Assembly: GCF_964355755.1 (NCBI RefSeq)
Contig: NC_092677.1
Location: forward strand, 21,873,175 to 21,937,174
Source: Antedon mediterranea
Lineage: Eukaryota; Animalia; Echinodermata
Length of the DNA stretch: 64,000 nucleotides
Reading direction: 5' to 3'
Of the stretch, positions 1-12,991 are shown piece after piece. Under the pieces are notes generated by a model. The model did not search any database. It was given only the letters and a program-made list of their open reading frames with translations, and was not told the origin of the DNA. Position 1 is the stretch's first letter, and each line of letters opens with the position of its first letter. The position numbers were made by a program, and so were the translations under genes.

Positions 1-392
1 GCAAATGTTCAAATAACTGACGATGGTCGACGATGAAAGGTTGAAACTGTAGTTGTATGTAACAATACTTTTTTGGCATAGAAAAAAAGAAATTTCATTA
101 AAAATAATCATACGAAGCCAATTATTTGAACATTCATTATCATATATTTATATTACTTTATGTTTTAAGAAAAAATCGTGTAAAATCGGGTACAAAAGTC
201 GGGGAAATCAGTCCTTGGTCCATGTATCCATGCAGTGAGTACCATTTTAGGAATTTTCTTTTCTCATGAAATATGATGAGAGGACATTGAAAAGAGAAGA
301 AACAAAAGTGTAAAATAATATCCAACTAATTTATTTTCAAACCGTTTTCTCAAAAAGAAATTCTATATTTTGGGAATTTTGCCTTAAATCTT

Positions 393-1227
393 TCAACCAC
401 GCTCGTCAAGTTTGCTTCCTTGGTCACGATGTATTCCAAGTGTCATGAGGCTGTCCAAACGAGCATTTGTCATTGTTGAACGTAAATCATTTTTTATTAG
501 TCTCATTGAACTAAAATTGTGTTCGCCTTCGGCTAATGAAACAGGCAAAGCGCACGCCAGTAAACTGATACGCTCCAACTCAAAAAAAGCTTCCATCAAA
601 TCTTCTAGATATGTGTGTAGCTGGAGAAGAGATCGATGTCGCTGTTCTGTTGATTTACGTCCCAATAGATGTTTGAACGTAACTAATTCACTTTTAACAA
701 CATCGGTATCTGCTCTAAAAAGCTGAGCAAATTCCATAAGTTGGTTGGTTCAAGAAACGTATTAGATGTTGGACACAACGATGAGATGTTTTTTTTCACT
801 GAACCTTCTGTTAAGTTCACTATCTATTAATTTATCAATGACTTCGAATACATTGTGGACGAAAACATTGAATCCATCAGTAGCACTCCGTTCAATATTA
901 CTTTCAACATAGTATGCACGCAGAGCAGTCGGTGGTGCAATTGTTTCTGCAGAGTCCCAGAATTCCTGACACCTTTCTCTTATCCGACAGTTATTTATTT
1001 CATCTTTTAGGTGTACCAATGAGGTCAACAGCGTGTGTCAAGTCATTTGATGGTGTTTGAAGAACATCAGATGCAAACTTAGCTTTCGATAAAACATGCC
1101 TTAGTACAGACAGGTATCGTAGGAACCGACGATCTCTCTGTAGCAAATAACCAGTTACTTTAGTAATACAACTGGAATTACTGTCATTATCAATAACATC
1201 ATTAAGAACCTCGATTACTATTTCCAC
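393..1227 (-). mobile_element. Decayed hAT transposase, C-terminal part (ZMYM1/THAP12-like), frameshifted
   Basis: Three successive minus-strand ORFs (1000-1227, 762-1028, 393-737). The last reads ACALPVSLAEGEHNFSSMRLIKNDLRSTMTNARLDSLMTLGIHRD, matching the hAT C-terminal dimerisation motif (LPVS.A..ERSFS.M..IK..LRSTM...RL..L). The upstream ORFs have S..LQ...DL..A and ID....ELNRRFS motifs. Confidence 0.85.
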
Positions 1228-4200
1228 ATGAGGAAACTTTCCCTCTTACCAAATTTCCAACTTTTGAACCAGGTTTTGCCTATAAGTTGTGTACTTGATA
1301 GTGACAGCCTTAATGACTTTACTCAGCATGTGACCCCATTAAGTGCTAAATGGATTAAAGCATGTAACTATGGCTATGTTCAGACCTATGGTGTTAGACG
1401 GTTTTAGCGTACAACGTTACTAGCAAGGTCACATTACAAACCGCAGAGAAAAAAAAACGGAAGTGCGTCATTCAGGTTGTTTCTAGTTGCATAGTCATGT
1501 ACTCTTACCCACTTGTTTTCATCATTATTTCCACTGTATATAGGCCTAGGCCTAGATCTTAGCCCTACAATTATGACTTTTGTCGTAAATAGAACATACA
1601 GTACCTCAGCATTTATTTTACAAAAATATAGTAAAAAACATTTTCCCCAGGTCTCGTGTTGTTAAGAAAATAAAGCAGGCCTCCTAAATGAAGATGGAGA
1701 CTGTGTTAACCACATGGTGGAAAAAAATTAGTGTGATTAGTCCAGTCCAGTTAGTTTGGTTGAAAATAACCCTTAACTTGCTAATAAAAAAGACACAGCT
1801 TCCCTCTTGTTTGTTTACTGAATTTTTTAGGAGTTAGGGGGTTTTTAGCTTGTCCAGTCTAGTCTGCCTTGTTGTATATTATATATGAATGAGTGACTTG
1901 ATGTTCCACGCTAGTTTTTAGCTTGAATGAAATGCGTGAATGGCTCTTAGCTAGGCCTAAAAGGAGACGGGATTGTAGACACTATGTTTAAATACAAGGT
2001 GCATTTATTTATGTCATTTGTTAGAAAATATAATGGTAATCAGTTGATACATGTAGTTTGTAGCCTAGTTTATTTTAACAGTTGTATTTGTAGCCTAGTT
2101 AGGCCTTATTTATTCTGGCCTTTTTGTTGTTGAAATCCATCTCTCACACATTGACGATACAAGATGTCAGCCTAGGTCAAACCTTGTTTCGCGTCATTAC
2201 AGGAAACGTTCTGATTGGATACAATGTTGACTTACAGTAGCGTCGTACGCTAAAACGGTACTATCAACGGGTATTGCTAAACCCTGCAAACCCCCGCAAA
2301 CCTCCAAAAAAACATAGCAAACCCCCAAAAAAACATAGCAAACCCCACCATCGAACCAACATAAAAGTGGTTGCATCATGTAGTGTACAACCCACTGGGT
2401 ATATCAATGTAAAAAAAAAATCAAGTTCTTTGATAGCCTTGCACACTAAACTAATGAAAGTGGTCTATTTTGTTGGCCAGAGGAAGATTAACAAAATCAG
2501 GAGATTCTGTGATTAAGTTCTTGACATGGCCACAAGTTTGAGCATTAAAGTACTGTAGTGAAGGGAAAAACGGGTTACAAGCAACAAAATTTAGTACATG
2601 GGATATGAGAGGTCTACACTACATACATTTTTTTGGCATCTTTATGTATGCCTACCTATATCCAATGAACACCGATGTTAACCTTAAATATTCTCATCCC
2701 TAAGGTGGGATTTTAAAGCATTTCTAATTATACCAATCAGTTCCACAGTTTTGGACAATTTTGGGGTAGGAAACACACAGATCTGTAAGTGCAGTTTTCC
2801 TTGCTCATAATTTATGGTATCAATGTATAAAGCAATTTCTTTTTATTTTGTAAGTTGATTGTAATTAGATAATTAATGACGTCACAAAGGACATAAGGTT
2901 ATGTTTTTTTAAAGATGTATTTTCCCCAAAAAACATGAAAAATGAAGATCAATTACATCAGACTTTGTGTTATTTTGTAGTTTTAATCAAGTTAATCAAT
3001 TGCGTAGAAAAAAAACGAAGAAAAAATTATGTTTTCACTAAAATGACAAAATAAATGGTTAAATTCAACCAATAATCCATTGGCTGGCAGCCAATTTGAC
3101 TATTTTTTGCTTTAAATTACAGTTTTTTCAGGTAAATAATTTTTTTTTTCGATCCAAGTTTTGGTCAATGTGGATATAACTATTATATGATATGAAAATG
3201 GCATAATCAACAAAATAATATTTAAAAAAAAACAATTTTTTTCAGGGGGACAAAAAATATAATTTTATTTACTACATTAAAGCTGTTGGAGTTTTTACAT
3301 TAGCAGTGGATTGTTCTACAGTACCTTAACGGTTGTTTTGACCTTACCTGGCGTTTTCTACATTAGCGGTTGTAACACGATAGAATGAATAATGAAAGTT
3401 CATTTAAGAACAGTAGGTGTGTTATTAAGTAATAAATAACTAGTGTTTTGTATTCTTTAAATTAATTCATTTCTCTTCATACTTTATTACTAAATAAGTA
3501 TGAAGAGGATATTAGCAAATTACATAGTTCTTCAGAAAAAGTATGCCCCACATCATCATAACACAACATCATTGACATGTGCCCTCTATAAATGGACAAT
3601 GCTTGGAAATATACAGTGAATCAGATGGCATGTATTTTTTTTTATGCAGTAGAAACATATTCTAATTATGAAAAATAGGTCTGCTGCCATCTATTTGATC
3701 TGTTTGGAGAAAATGCATTATAGCACCCTTTTCTCAAATTGTTTGCTATTAATAATCCCGCCAAAAGTCAACTTTAAATTACGCATGCATTCAAACAATT
3801 AAAATGGACAAAATTCATTTATTTTTGTTTAACCATTTGGTAAAAGTCAAAGCATTTTTTTTATTCAATTCAGGTTATCTATAGCCATTTTTTTTTATTT
3901 AGCCAAATGATATAAAAAATGAAATTGATGTAGAAATATAATGGTAAAAACATTTTAGGTAATTTATCCATGTCAAAACTTGATTATATACCTGTATAAG
4001 TATGCACACTGTCATGTGTGTCACCACTGTTTTATCGCGGTGCGTATATGCTTATACACTGTGTTTTGCTTAGCATCTTTTTTTCAGTGTGTTTTTAGGC
4101 CAATACTTTATTCATTTACCAAGTAGTCCCTGTTATAACAGTAAACATGGGTGTCATAAACTATTGTAAGGTTCATTTTACATAGAGCTGACTAAATAAC

Positions 4201-4638
4201 AGGGCTAATTACCAATATGTTTTCGAATAATTGACTAGTAATATGATTATCAGTAATTATATATAGCATCTGATGTTAATGAGTCAAAGGGGGTCCTAGC
4301 AAGCATTGGCATGAGGAATGTTATCATAGTTAGGTTAGGTGATTGTGTTCTGAGTCATAAATATTGTGAATAATTGTGTAGGCAATATCTAATCAACATT
4401 GAAGAACAGAATGTCATTTATAGATCATTAATGAGTATGACATTCTTTAAAATTTTGTTCTGTCTTCATTTAGCTTTTCTTCGTCTTTGGAGGTATCGTT
4501 GTTCTGTTAAATTTGTCTCAGTTGAATTAATCGCCATTTCTATTTCTAGATTTCTCTAGTAAAAAATATGAAATATTGAGATTTATAGAGTATTGTTTTT
4601 TGGATAGCAATTATTTTTTAAGGATTAAAGTTATTGCT

Positions 4639-4657
4639 ATGATGGCTGATGTTTGTG
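4639..4657 (+). CDS. Candidate alternative first coding exon of FHOD (MMADVC|E)
   Basis: ATG ATG GCT GAT GTT TGT G followed by consensus donor GTAAGT at 4658. It ends in phase 1, which matches the acceptor at 21771. No homology support. Confidence 0.3.
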
Positions 4658-7432
4658 GTAAGTAAATTTGTAACATTTGTAAAAATATAAAAATACAAAA
4701 TATTTACTGTTAAAACTTTTAAAATTGTACGTAGAGATTGGTTCTTCTGTACAAATGTGTGCAATCTTGCATTTTCTGCTGACAAAATTTCTACTTATTA
4801 CCATACCTTTACTAAGTTAGTGCTGATAACCATTGAGATTGTCATGTCTGTTTTTTTTTCTTAACCAACCTTCAATTTTGAAAATTTGTTCTGTTAACAT
4901 AGTTACCAACTGTCTCACATCCTGCGAGACAGTCCATTGTTTCAAAGTGATTTTTAGACACATGCATGAACACACATTTGTCACACATAATTGGGACAAT
5001 TAAAAAGTACAAATGTTTTATTCAATTCTTAATCAAATCAATGACTCTCAGATCAGGTGGCAAAAGGCCGAGTGGCTAAAAGCTGAGTAGCAACAGGCAA
5101 CGGGCTGGAACCTCAGATTCATAATCGCTCTATATCCTCGGGATTACCCAAGTTTCAGCTTGATCGGAGCAATTTTAAAATTTGAAATTTGATATCATAA
5201 TTATCATAACAATACATCGTAGGCACGATGACCTATGATTTACCTACGTGTAGGCAGCTACGAAAGGTTACGTATAGAAGCAGTCATTTCTTTCAATAGA
5301 ATGCGACGTCCTTTGTGTTTACCGACAGTACGCGATGAAAGCAACAAAATAGCTATCACTATCAGTATAAGCGCGTGTACTGGAAAATGCTTGTAGGCCT
5401 CCTGTATTTTGCATACTCAATACTTCCTGACAATTATTTGATTAAGAATTTAATTTCAATCACTTGCGAAAGTTTAATGCTCGCCTTTTTTGTTCAATAA
5501 ACAATGTGTTTTTGTTTCGGCTGTAAATTTATCATTGAATAATTGTCAAAACAATCCTTCCTCTACGGTAAATATTTTTGCCGAATGGTATGTATAGATG
5601 AAGAATATTTGTGAGCATGTTTGTTGGCGGCTGGGAAATTCGAAATTGTGTTTACTGGAACGTTGGTCACTACCACAGTGGAGTAATGCCCCTAGCCAGC
5701 AATATGTACAAAATTATAAGTTAAGTGTAGGATTATATTTTTGTTCTGTACAATAGGCCACAAACTTCATTTCTGATTATATACAGTATGTTTACTAATG
5801 TTGTCTAATGATAATAAATCATTATTTAAATTAAAAAATTGTTACAAAAAAAAAATTTAATGAAGAAAGAAAAATAATTAAAACCGTCAAAAAGTCGAGC
5901 AGCATTTTATTTGTACGAAATATCCTTGTTTTAATTTTTGAGTGGTTGTACTTACAAGTAAGGCAGGTCAATCGACAGTTGCAGGATCATTTACTACTAA
6001 TAAGCTTCTATGCACATTTAAACAGTTAACCTGATTGGCTAGAAGTAAGATTTAAAATGTTTATAAATAAGAAGTAGTATGTCATTGATATCAATTTATG
6101 TACAGTATTTTCTTGAAGCTATGATCATTTGATTGAGGTTGTAATTTGTAGGAAACTGAGGAGTTTATGCAGAAAAAGGATTCAATAGCTTCTGATAAGC
6201 ATGCCATGAGGAAATAATGTTATAAGGTTATGGTATTGTAGTAATAATATTGGTGATATTTCATAAATTATATTGATGTTGAGCATACATAGTAATCAAG
6301 ATTGCAAGTCTCAAATGCATCCAAAGTAAGTCTGTATACTCTGTAGCAATGTGACAAAAAAAATATATTTATTAGGTTTATAGTACAGTATAACATATAA
6401 TATATTCTTGATATTTTATGTTATGTTCCGGACTCCAATAATAATGAAAATACACACTTCAAATATGTATAGTGGTTTTGGATGTTTTTATTCTCACTCC
6501 TTTATATCTCTACACATGTGCTCGGTCTTATTTATCTTCCTCTCTTTGCCGCCCTCTATCGGACGTTATGTCTTGTATATTTGGAGGGTTACATTATTCC
6601 CCCTCTCACTGAGAAGTGTCCCACTTCTTCAAATGAAAGAATAATTATTATTCGGAACATTAAATTAGTATTTAGAAATCCATATTATGAATAGTTTGAT
6701 ATAGGTTATTGTAGCAATTGTATAAATATATAATAAATCAAGTGGTATTCTCGTCAAAGGATTGGTAATTGGTAAACGTGTTTGGTAGGTGTGGTGATTG
6801 GTAAATTGGTAGCTTGATTGGTAGGTTACTTGACATCTGATTGGTCTCAATCTAAAATAAAATTCTCTCCACCAAATCTACATTCTCCAAAAAAAAAAAT
6901 CTATCACTCTCTGCAACAATAAAAATAAAACTCCAATCATATAATATACGAAAAGCGTACATCAGCACCTCTACCTGAAACATATGAACTGCATACGAAA
7001 CAAAACATTCATTCAAACTCATTCTCTGTCTAAATAACATACGAACAGCGTACCTTATAAACTGACAATCAATAAAACATACACATACATACTGTATGAA
7101 CAGCATACAGTACAGGCCATCTTTCAAACATAATCAATAAAAACACAATAAACAATCTCAAAATATTCTGGAATACTCAGGCTGATGAAAACATATTTGA
7201 CTGTAAATGTAGATCGATGACTGAACAGGAACAGGAGGAGGGCCCCCAACCACTAACTAAAAACCTGGATAAAACAAATCTATTCTACTTTAACAAATAC
7301 TTGTGCAAAAAAAAATTACGCGCGCGCACGGCAAAATCATACCCTCTGCGTATATCTTGTCCTTATCTGCATCCGCAAAAAAATGAATAAAGAAATAAAG
7401 AAATGAAACTGTAGAGTACCGTAACCGTTACT

Positions 7433-7930
7433 CTAAAAAACGTTTTGGTAATTTAACAACTCTACCACATCTTGTAGATTCAGGAACAGAGCGATGCATT
7501 TGTTTGGTATCCTGTTGAATATGAGGTAAATTCTCTTCTTGTGATTGTTGGATGTTGGTTTAACCCGGTTAAAATGGACTCGTCTGGCATACTCTTTACC
7601 AGCTTGATCTTGCAATTTATATACCACACCATCGTTGTTGACCTGTATGACTGTATAGGGACCTTTCCATCGTGGGCTTAACTTATTTCGACTGTTGACT
7701 GGTTTATCTAACCAAACCTTGTCACCAGTAAGAAAATGCAACAGTGGCTGCTGTCTGATTCGGAATAGCATAAAGTGATATATACTTTATGAAATAATCA
7801 CCGATGACTAGGACGTATCTATTACCTCTATTTGACATTGGCAGTTCTGTAATGTCAGCAGCAATTCTCTCAAATGGGCTGGCTGCTTTCTTAAAACCAT
7901 GTGGGGAATTGCGGCTGGTTCTGCATATAA
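7433..7930 (-). mobile_element. Internally deleted Ty3/Gypsy integrase remnant
   Basis: PFERIAADITELPMSNRGNRYVLVIGDYFIKYISLYAIPNQTAATVA (start of the rve core) is joined by a frame change to F..GDKVWL...KLSPRWKGPYTVIQV...VVYKL (GPY/F module). Most of the catalytic core is missing. Confidence 0.85.
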
Positions 7931-8792
7931 ACCGCAGAGTGATGTAATGATTGATAGTATTTGTACCATGATTTATTCTCATTGCAGCGTCCTTCCAATG
8001 GGATGTGAAGCTGTTTGTCCTGTGCATGTTAAAGAACTTTGTATACTATAGAGGGCCTAATCCCAGTCTTCTCAGTTTCCAGTTACTAAAGGAGGACAAC
8101 AAGACAGTGGCGGATCCAGAGTGGGGCGCACGTCCCCCCTATAAATCTGAAGAAAAAAAATTATCCTACTATAAGGAACACAAATTTTGGAAAAAAAAAA
8201 GGACTTTCACTTTTGATTAAAACAAATTGTTTCAGCGCCGTGCTAATTTACTTTTTATTAGAGGTCACCATTGCCGTTGCTGTCTGTAAATTTTTGTAGA
8301 ATTACGAAATGACCTGAAATTTCACCTGAGAAATAAATGCATTTTGTACCCTGGATGGAACATGATATTGACTCGTGTACTGTACCCATACTGGGTGGGG
8401 CACGAACGATTCATACAAAGGACACCGTCATACAACCGCGTAGGCCTACCTATTGTTTAGATTGCTGGCAGTCAGCAAGCATAAAGTGTATATACGTCAA
8501 AAATGGAACGTCATGGTTACCCACAGTATGTGTGGCTAGTATAGTGTATCATCATAGAGGATATTTTAATAATAATATAGTACACTAACTGTGGTAATTA
8601 TGTACTGTAGTATACATTACAGCAACCAATTTTTTTTCTAGGCCACCTACCCAACTATATCAATAGCTATTTATATTTATTTATATTTAATTTCCTCAAC
8701 AAATTGAATAAATAAATAAATATTGATCTATAATAAGTATTAAATGTTGCGCTTTTTTCGGGGCTTCCCCTAGATGTACGTTTGCATTGAAC

Positions 8793-9286
8793 CAAAGAAC
8801 TTATAACACAAGAATCTCCTGTTCTTCAATTTGCATTCAAAACACAGTATCGGAAGTACAGGGTTAAAAGGTCAAACTGGGCGACGCCATTTCACAGCAT
8901 GGAGCAGCGCCCCCTCCAAACTAGGAAGTCAATTACTCTACCCCCTAGAGTATTAGCAGATCCCCTCTATGATTTTGACTTTCTAATTTGATGCGGGCGC
9001 CCTACTCCTCAGTCAATTACTCTATCCCCCCTAGAGTATTAGCAGATCCCCTCTATGATTTTGACTTTCTAATTTGATGCGGGCGCCCTACTCCTCAGTC
9101 AATTACTCTATCCCCCCTAGAGCATTAGTAGATCCCCTCTATGATTTTGACTTTCTAATTTGATGCGGGCGCCCTACTCCATGGCTCACAATGGCGCCAC
9201 CCATAGCTCTATTCTATCCCACAATGCCTTTCGAAATTGTTACGCGCTTCGGACGAACAGCAGATTCTTGTGTTATAAGTTCTTTG
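8793..9286. mobile_element. P-element-like MITE with 7-bp TSD
   Basis: 32-bp TIR CAAAGAACTTATAACACAAGAATCT(C/G)CTGTTC with one mismatch. ATTGAAC is duplicated on both sides. Nested in the 8105-9854 element. Confidence 0.85.
8927..9180. repeat. Tandem repeat, 3 x ~85 bp
   Basis: The unit AGTCAATTACTCTA..CCCCCTAGAG..GATCCCCTCTATGATTTTGACTTTCTAATTTGATGCGGGCGCCCTACTCC starts at 8927, 9011 and 9097. The copies are nearly identical. Confidence 0.95.
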
Positions 9287-10289
9287 ATTGAACTTGAACG
9301 CAACGCAATCAAAACTAAATGCTGAGTGAATAAATTTGGCAACAAAATGTTATATTGTCCTTCAATTTAGTCACATGTGTTTATTGGAGGGAAAAAGTAT
9401 AATCGTTTTGCTCATTGGTACCATGCTACATATGAGAGTGTCTTTTCCTGCAAATTAGAGATGCCATTTATCATGAATTTTATGTGCGAGAGTACCATTT
9501 CCGGCTATCTGGGGCGTCATTTAACAAAGTTCGCTTCGCCACAGGTTTTCTCGACGGCCCAGGACAAGCACCCTTTTCCGACATGTGCAAACGCTGACTT
9601 GCGCAAAACGCCCTATTGTGACGCTTTTACTCAAAATAGGCCTATGGGGAAAATGTCACCATTTAATAGGCTAGTACCTCAGTTTTCATATTTAAAATAT
9701 CAATTTTTAATACATTTATAATAAGTGCCATTTCCGACCATCTAGAGGTGTTATATTTCAAAATTGTCTCAGCTCAGCCCCACCATGGTTGGGGGTATGG
9801 ACTCTCTACAGTTGCGCCCCCCCCCCCTTTCACAAAATCCTGGATCCGCCCCTGAAAGAGAATATATATGTAGTATCACCGGTCAGTTTAGAATTAATGT
9901 TCTGTGCCTGATGTGTTTATATAAATACTCTTCAATTCGAAACAATTAATTTTTTTTTGTGAACTCAATTAGCATTGTTGATAATCAGTGTATCATGTCT
10001 CAGCTTATATATATATTGTGCCAGATCTGTGGTACATACTGTATCAGTTCGAAATCTGAGTTGCACTGAAAAGATCTAATAAGATTGAAACAGTACTGTC
10101 TGCAGCAAGTTTTTGCAGTTCCACTTTAAAAAACTAATCACAGACAACCTTTGAACAGTTTGGGCACTGTTGTAAAAGTGAACTAAAATAATGTAACTAT
10201 ATACCTTGCATGCCTCATACCTTTGGAAATGATAAAATAATGCCTCGCACAAGTATTCGCTGCCTCACACTTTGTCAACACTCCCTACC

Positions 10290-10594
10290 TAACGATATGA
10301 AAAATCTTAATATAAGTTTAACCGTGACCAGCTTTCATTTAATTACAGGTGCCGACTTCGCTCCTCTAATGATTCCACCCATCCACGATCTAATAGGAAA
10401 GCTGGTAACAATGCTTTTTCTGTTGCCGCTCCACGGATCTGGAATGCGCTACCCGTCGATTTGAGAGGAGCGAATTCGGTACCTCTATTTAAACGTCAAC
10501 TTAAAACTTTTCTTTTTAATTAATTAATAGGTATTTTTAGGCTCTCTGTTCTTTGTAGGGCGCCATATAAAAACCTATAGAATAGAATAGAATA
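10290..10594 (+). mobile_element. 3' end of an L2/CR1-group LINE
   Basis: Translates to PRSNRKAGNNAFSVAAPRIWNALPVDLRGANSVPLFKRQLKTFLF, a typical L2 ORF2 C-terminus. Followed by a short UTR (GGGCGCCATATAAAAAC) and an (ATAGA)n tail. Confidence 0.85.
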
Positions 10595-10880
10595 TATTAT
10601 GTTTTTTGTAATGCATGAAATTGGTTCAAATGATTTAAATAACATAAATATTTTTTGATCAGCAATCATTGTCATCACAAAATCATCTCTTACTTAATTT
10701 TGTAGCCATGCAATATACTACCTTAGTTTATATAATGAATAGATGCCAACTAAATTTATTATGATCCCAACCTTTCACATAGACCTTGATGATAGACCTT
10801 AGGAATGAGAGAAGGAAGCAATTGCATATTGAACCTGTTATTTGTGTTAAATGTACATTATATACACCAGGTTTATCATA

Positions 10881-11776
10881 AGGCCTTTTCACACAGAACT
10901 TCGGCAATATTGCGGTAAGCAAGCTGGCGTTATTGCCGGTCTAAACCCATTCACACAGAAGGTAATATTACGGTAATTTTACCGTTTTCACAGTGAAAAG
11001 GCGCAATTTAAACATTACTGTCTTAATAAAATAGAGGTCGCACTTTTTGAGAAAAAAAAATGGCGGGCACCTCGTCCGCCGCCGGCGACAAAACATGCCA
11101 TGCCATGCACGCACATGTTTGCTGATGTTGTTTTGTGTGTCCGTCGTTTAGTTTTATTGGTTTTATTGGTTACGATGTATAAAACCTATATTTTTGCCCA
11201 ACACCACTCCGTGCTAATAACTGCCCGATCGTGATTGCCATTCTACAGAAACAAAATCTATTATGCCTACAAATAGACGCGAATTTAATTATCAGAAGCT
11301 GTTATGAGCTAGCACCGGGAGCGCGCAACGGAGGATGTTCCTGCTAGAACTATGCTAACTAGGGCCTAGGCTTACGTATGTTACAGCAAGTTAAATAATC
11401 TTTGGATCAACATCTGTTATATTGTTATTATTATTGGCTGTATTCTTCCATTGTATTATTTATAAACTAACCTAAAAATATATATATATATGGATATAAT
11501 CTAATAATTTGGCCTAAAGTAATTGCCACATTCTTTCTCAACCAAGGAAAATGTCCCGAATTTATCCTTGCTTCACTGCGTAAGCAGGCATTATATCGTG
11601 GACTCTTTCACACAGATCAGGCTTACGACCGTGACGGTAATGTTACCGCAATTTTACTAGGTCCAGAGGCGGTCTAACGGAAGCCGGCATTAAGGGGTTT
11701 TTACCCTTTCACACATAAGCCGGCGTTCGCGAATTACCGCAATATTACCGTCTTACAGCTCTGTGTGAAAGGGGCT
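10881..11776. mobile_element. PIF/Harbinger-like MITE
   Basis: Left AGGCCTTTTCACACAG, right CTGTGTGAAAGGGGCT, with 3-bp flanks ATA/ATA. Internal TTCACACA and AATATT(G/A)CGGTAA subterminal repeats. Confidence 0.75.
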
Positions 11777-11848
11777 ATAGTCTGATTCAAACCATAGTTA
11801 ACATACTTCACAATCCAACCTATATCAGCGTTGGTGCAAATTGGTATT

Positions 11849-11930
11849 TCTATTCTATTCTATACAAGTTTTTATATGGCGCCCTACAAAGAACATAGTC
11901 ATTATTTAAAAAGAAAAGTTGACGTTTAGG
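11849..11930 (-). mobile_element. Short inverted 3' tail fragment of the same L2-like family
   Basis: TCTATTCTATTCTATA..TTTTTATATGGCGCCCTACAAAGAACA is the reverse complement of the tail at about 10545-10594. Confidence 0.7.
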
Positions 11931-12164
11931 ATATTTTAGGATATTGTAGGTTGGTTGTTGTAATATTTTAATATTAAAGATAACAGAATCATGAACACAT
12001 TTAAGTGTAATAAGCCTACTGTTTTAAATTGAGCATCCAGCTTCTTTTGAATGTCTAGTTGATCAGTCAGTTTTTTAATACTGAACTATCACTGATTAGA
12101 AATAGGTAATTAAGTAGTAATAGTTAATTCATACTACATTCTTTCTATAGCTGGTATTTTTTGT

Positions 12165-12590
12165 TAATAGAGAGGTTTTGCAACGCTATAATTATACGAT
12201 AACGAAAACGGATACGTCACACACACATATTCGTTTTCATAAGCCAGTAAAAATCTGTTTCGCATAACAACAAATATTGAGGCTGCCGTCCAAAGTATGA
12301 CTGGTAAAATTTAATGAAGCACAGGTACGTGTTCCTTGGCTGGCTGCTAATTCTTAAAATTGACCTGACATTTTTAGTAAATCACTTTTTGTAAATTACT
12401 TTCAATAAATCTATAATTCATTATTTTATAGTCATGAATCAATTCTTGAAGTGCAAAGATCAAAAACTATGCTCGTTTTGTAGTTACGAATATGTTATTT
12501 GTCAACATGAATACGCTTTACGAATATGAAATGAGGAACAGCTCAAAACTTTTCAGTATCATATTGTAAGATTGCGAAACTTCCCTATTA
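12165..12590. mobile_element. Degenerate MITE (Harbinger-like)
   Basis: Imperfect TIR TAATAGAGAGGTTTTGCAA / TTGCGAAACTTCCCTATTA. Confidence 0.5.
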
Positions 12591-12991
12591 TCATAGTTTT
12601 AACATTTTTAAACACAAGTAGCATAGTGTGGCTACTCTTTTGCCATGCAAGTATTGTCTGTGTAAGCTAGTCCTAAAAATCAACTTATAAGGCCTAAAAA
12701 AAAAAATTGTTGGTTTGCTGTTATTTTTTTTTTTTTGGTGGAGGGGGGGGGGGGGGAAGTTTTTGTTTTTGTTTTTTTTTAATGTTAATTTCTCTGTTAA
12801 TTGTACGCGAATTTGAGAGTAACAAACACACTGAATAAAACAATGAGCTCAAACATCTATTCATAATTTGTTTCACACTTTAATTCTGTTTTGGGCGCGT
12901 TAGGCCCCGTGACTAAACTAGTCTAGGCTAGGCCTACTACACAGTAAGTCGTCGTTAGCAGGCCTAATTAAATATTTTAGAATTTAGTGTA

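Larger units (their letters stand above)
8105..9854. mobile_element. Non-autonomous TIR DNA transposon (CAG(T/G)GGCGGATCCAG termini)
   Basis: Left end CAGTGGCGGATCCAGA; right end CTGGATCCGCCCCTG. The flanks CAAGA / AAAGA form only an imperfect 5-bp duplication. Related termini occur at 13454-14962. Confidence 0.65.

Noticed and set aside
2549-3376. Kolobok-like TTAA element and CATTAGCGG subterminal repeats (similar repeats at about 31790-31920)
   Set aside because: Clearly repeat-derived, and partly related to 45960-46110, but the TIR match is only about 10 bp and the boundaries cannot be fixed.
8927-9180. CRISPR-like regularly spaced repeat
   Set aside because: Contiguous tandem units with no unique spacers, in a eukaryotic context with no cas genes.
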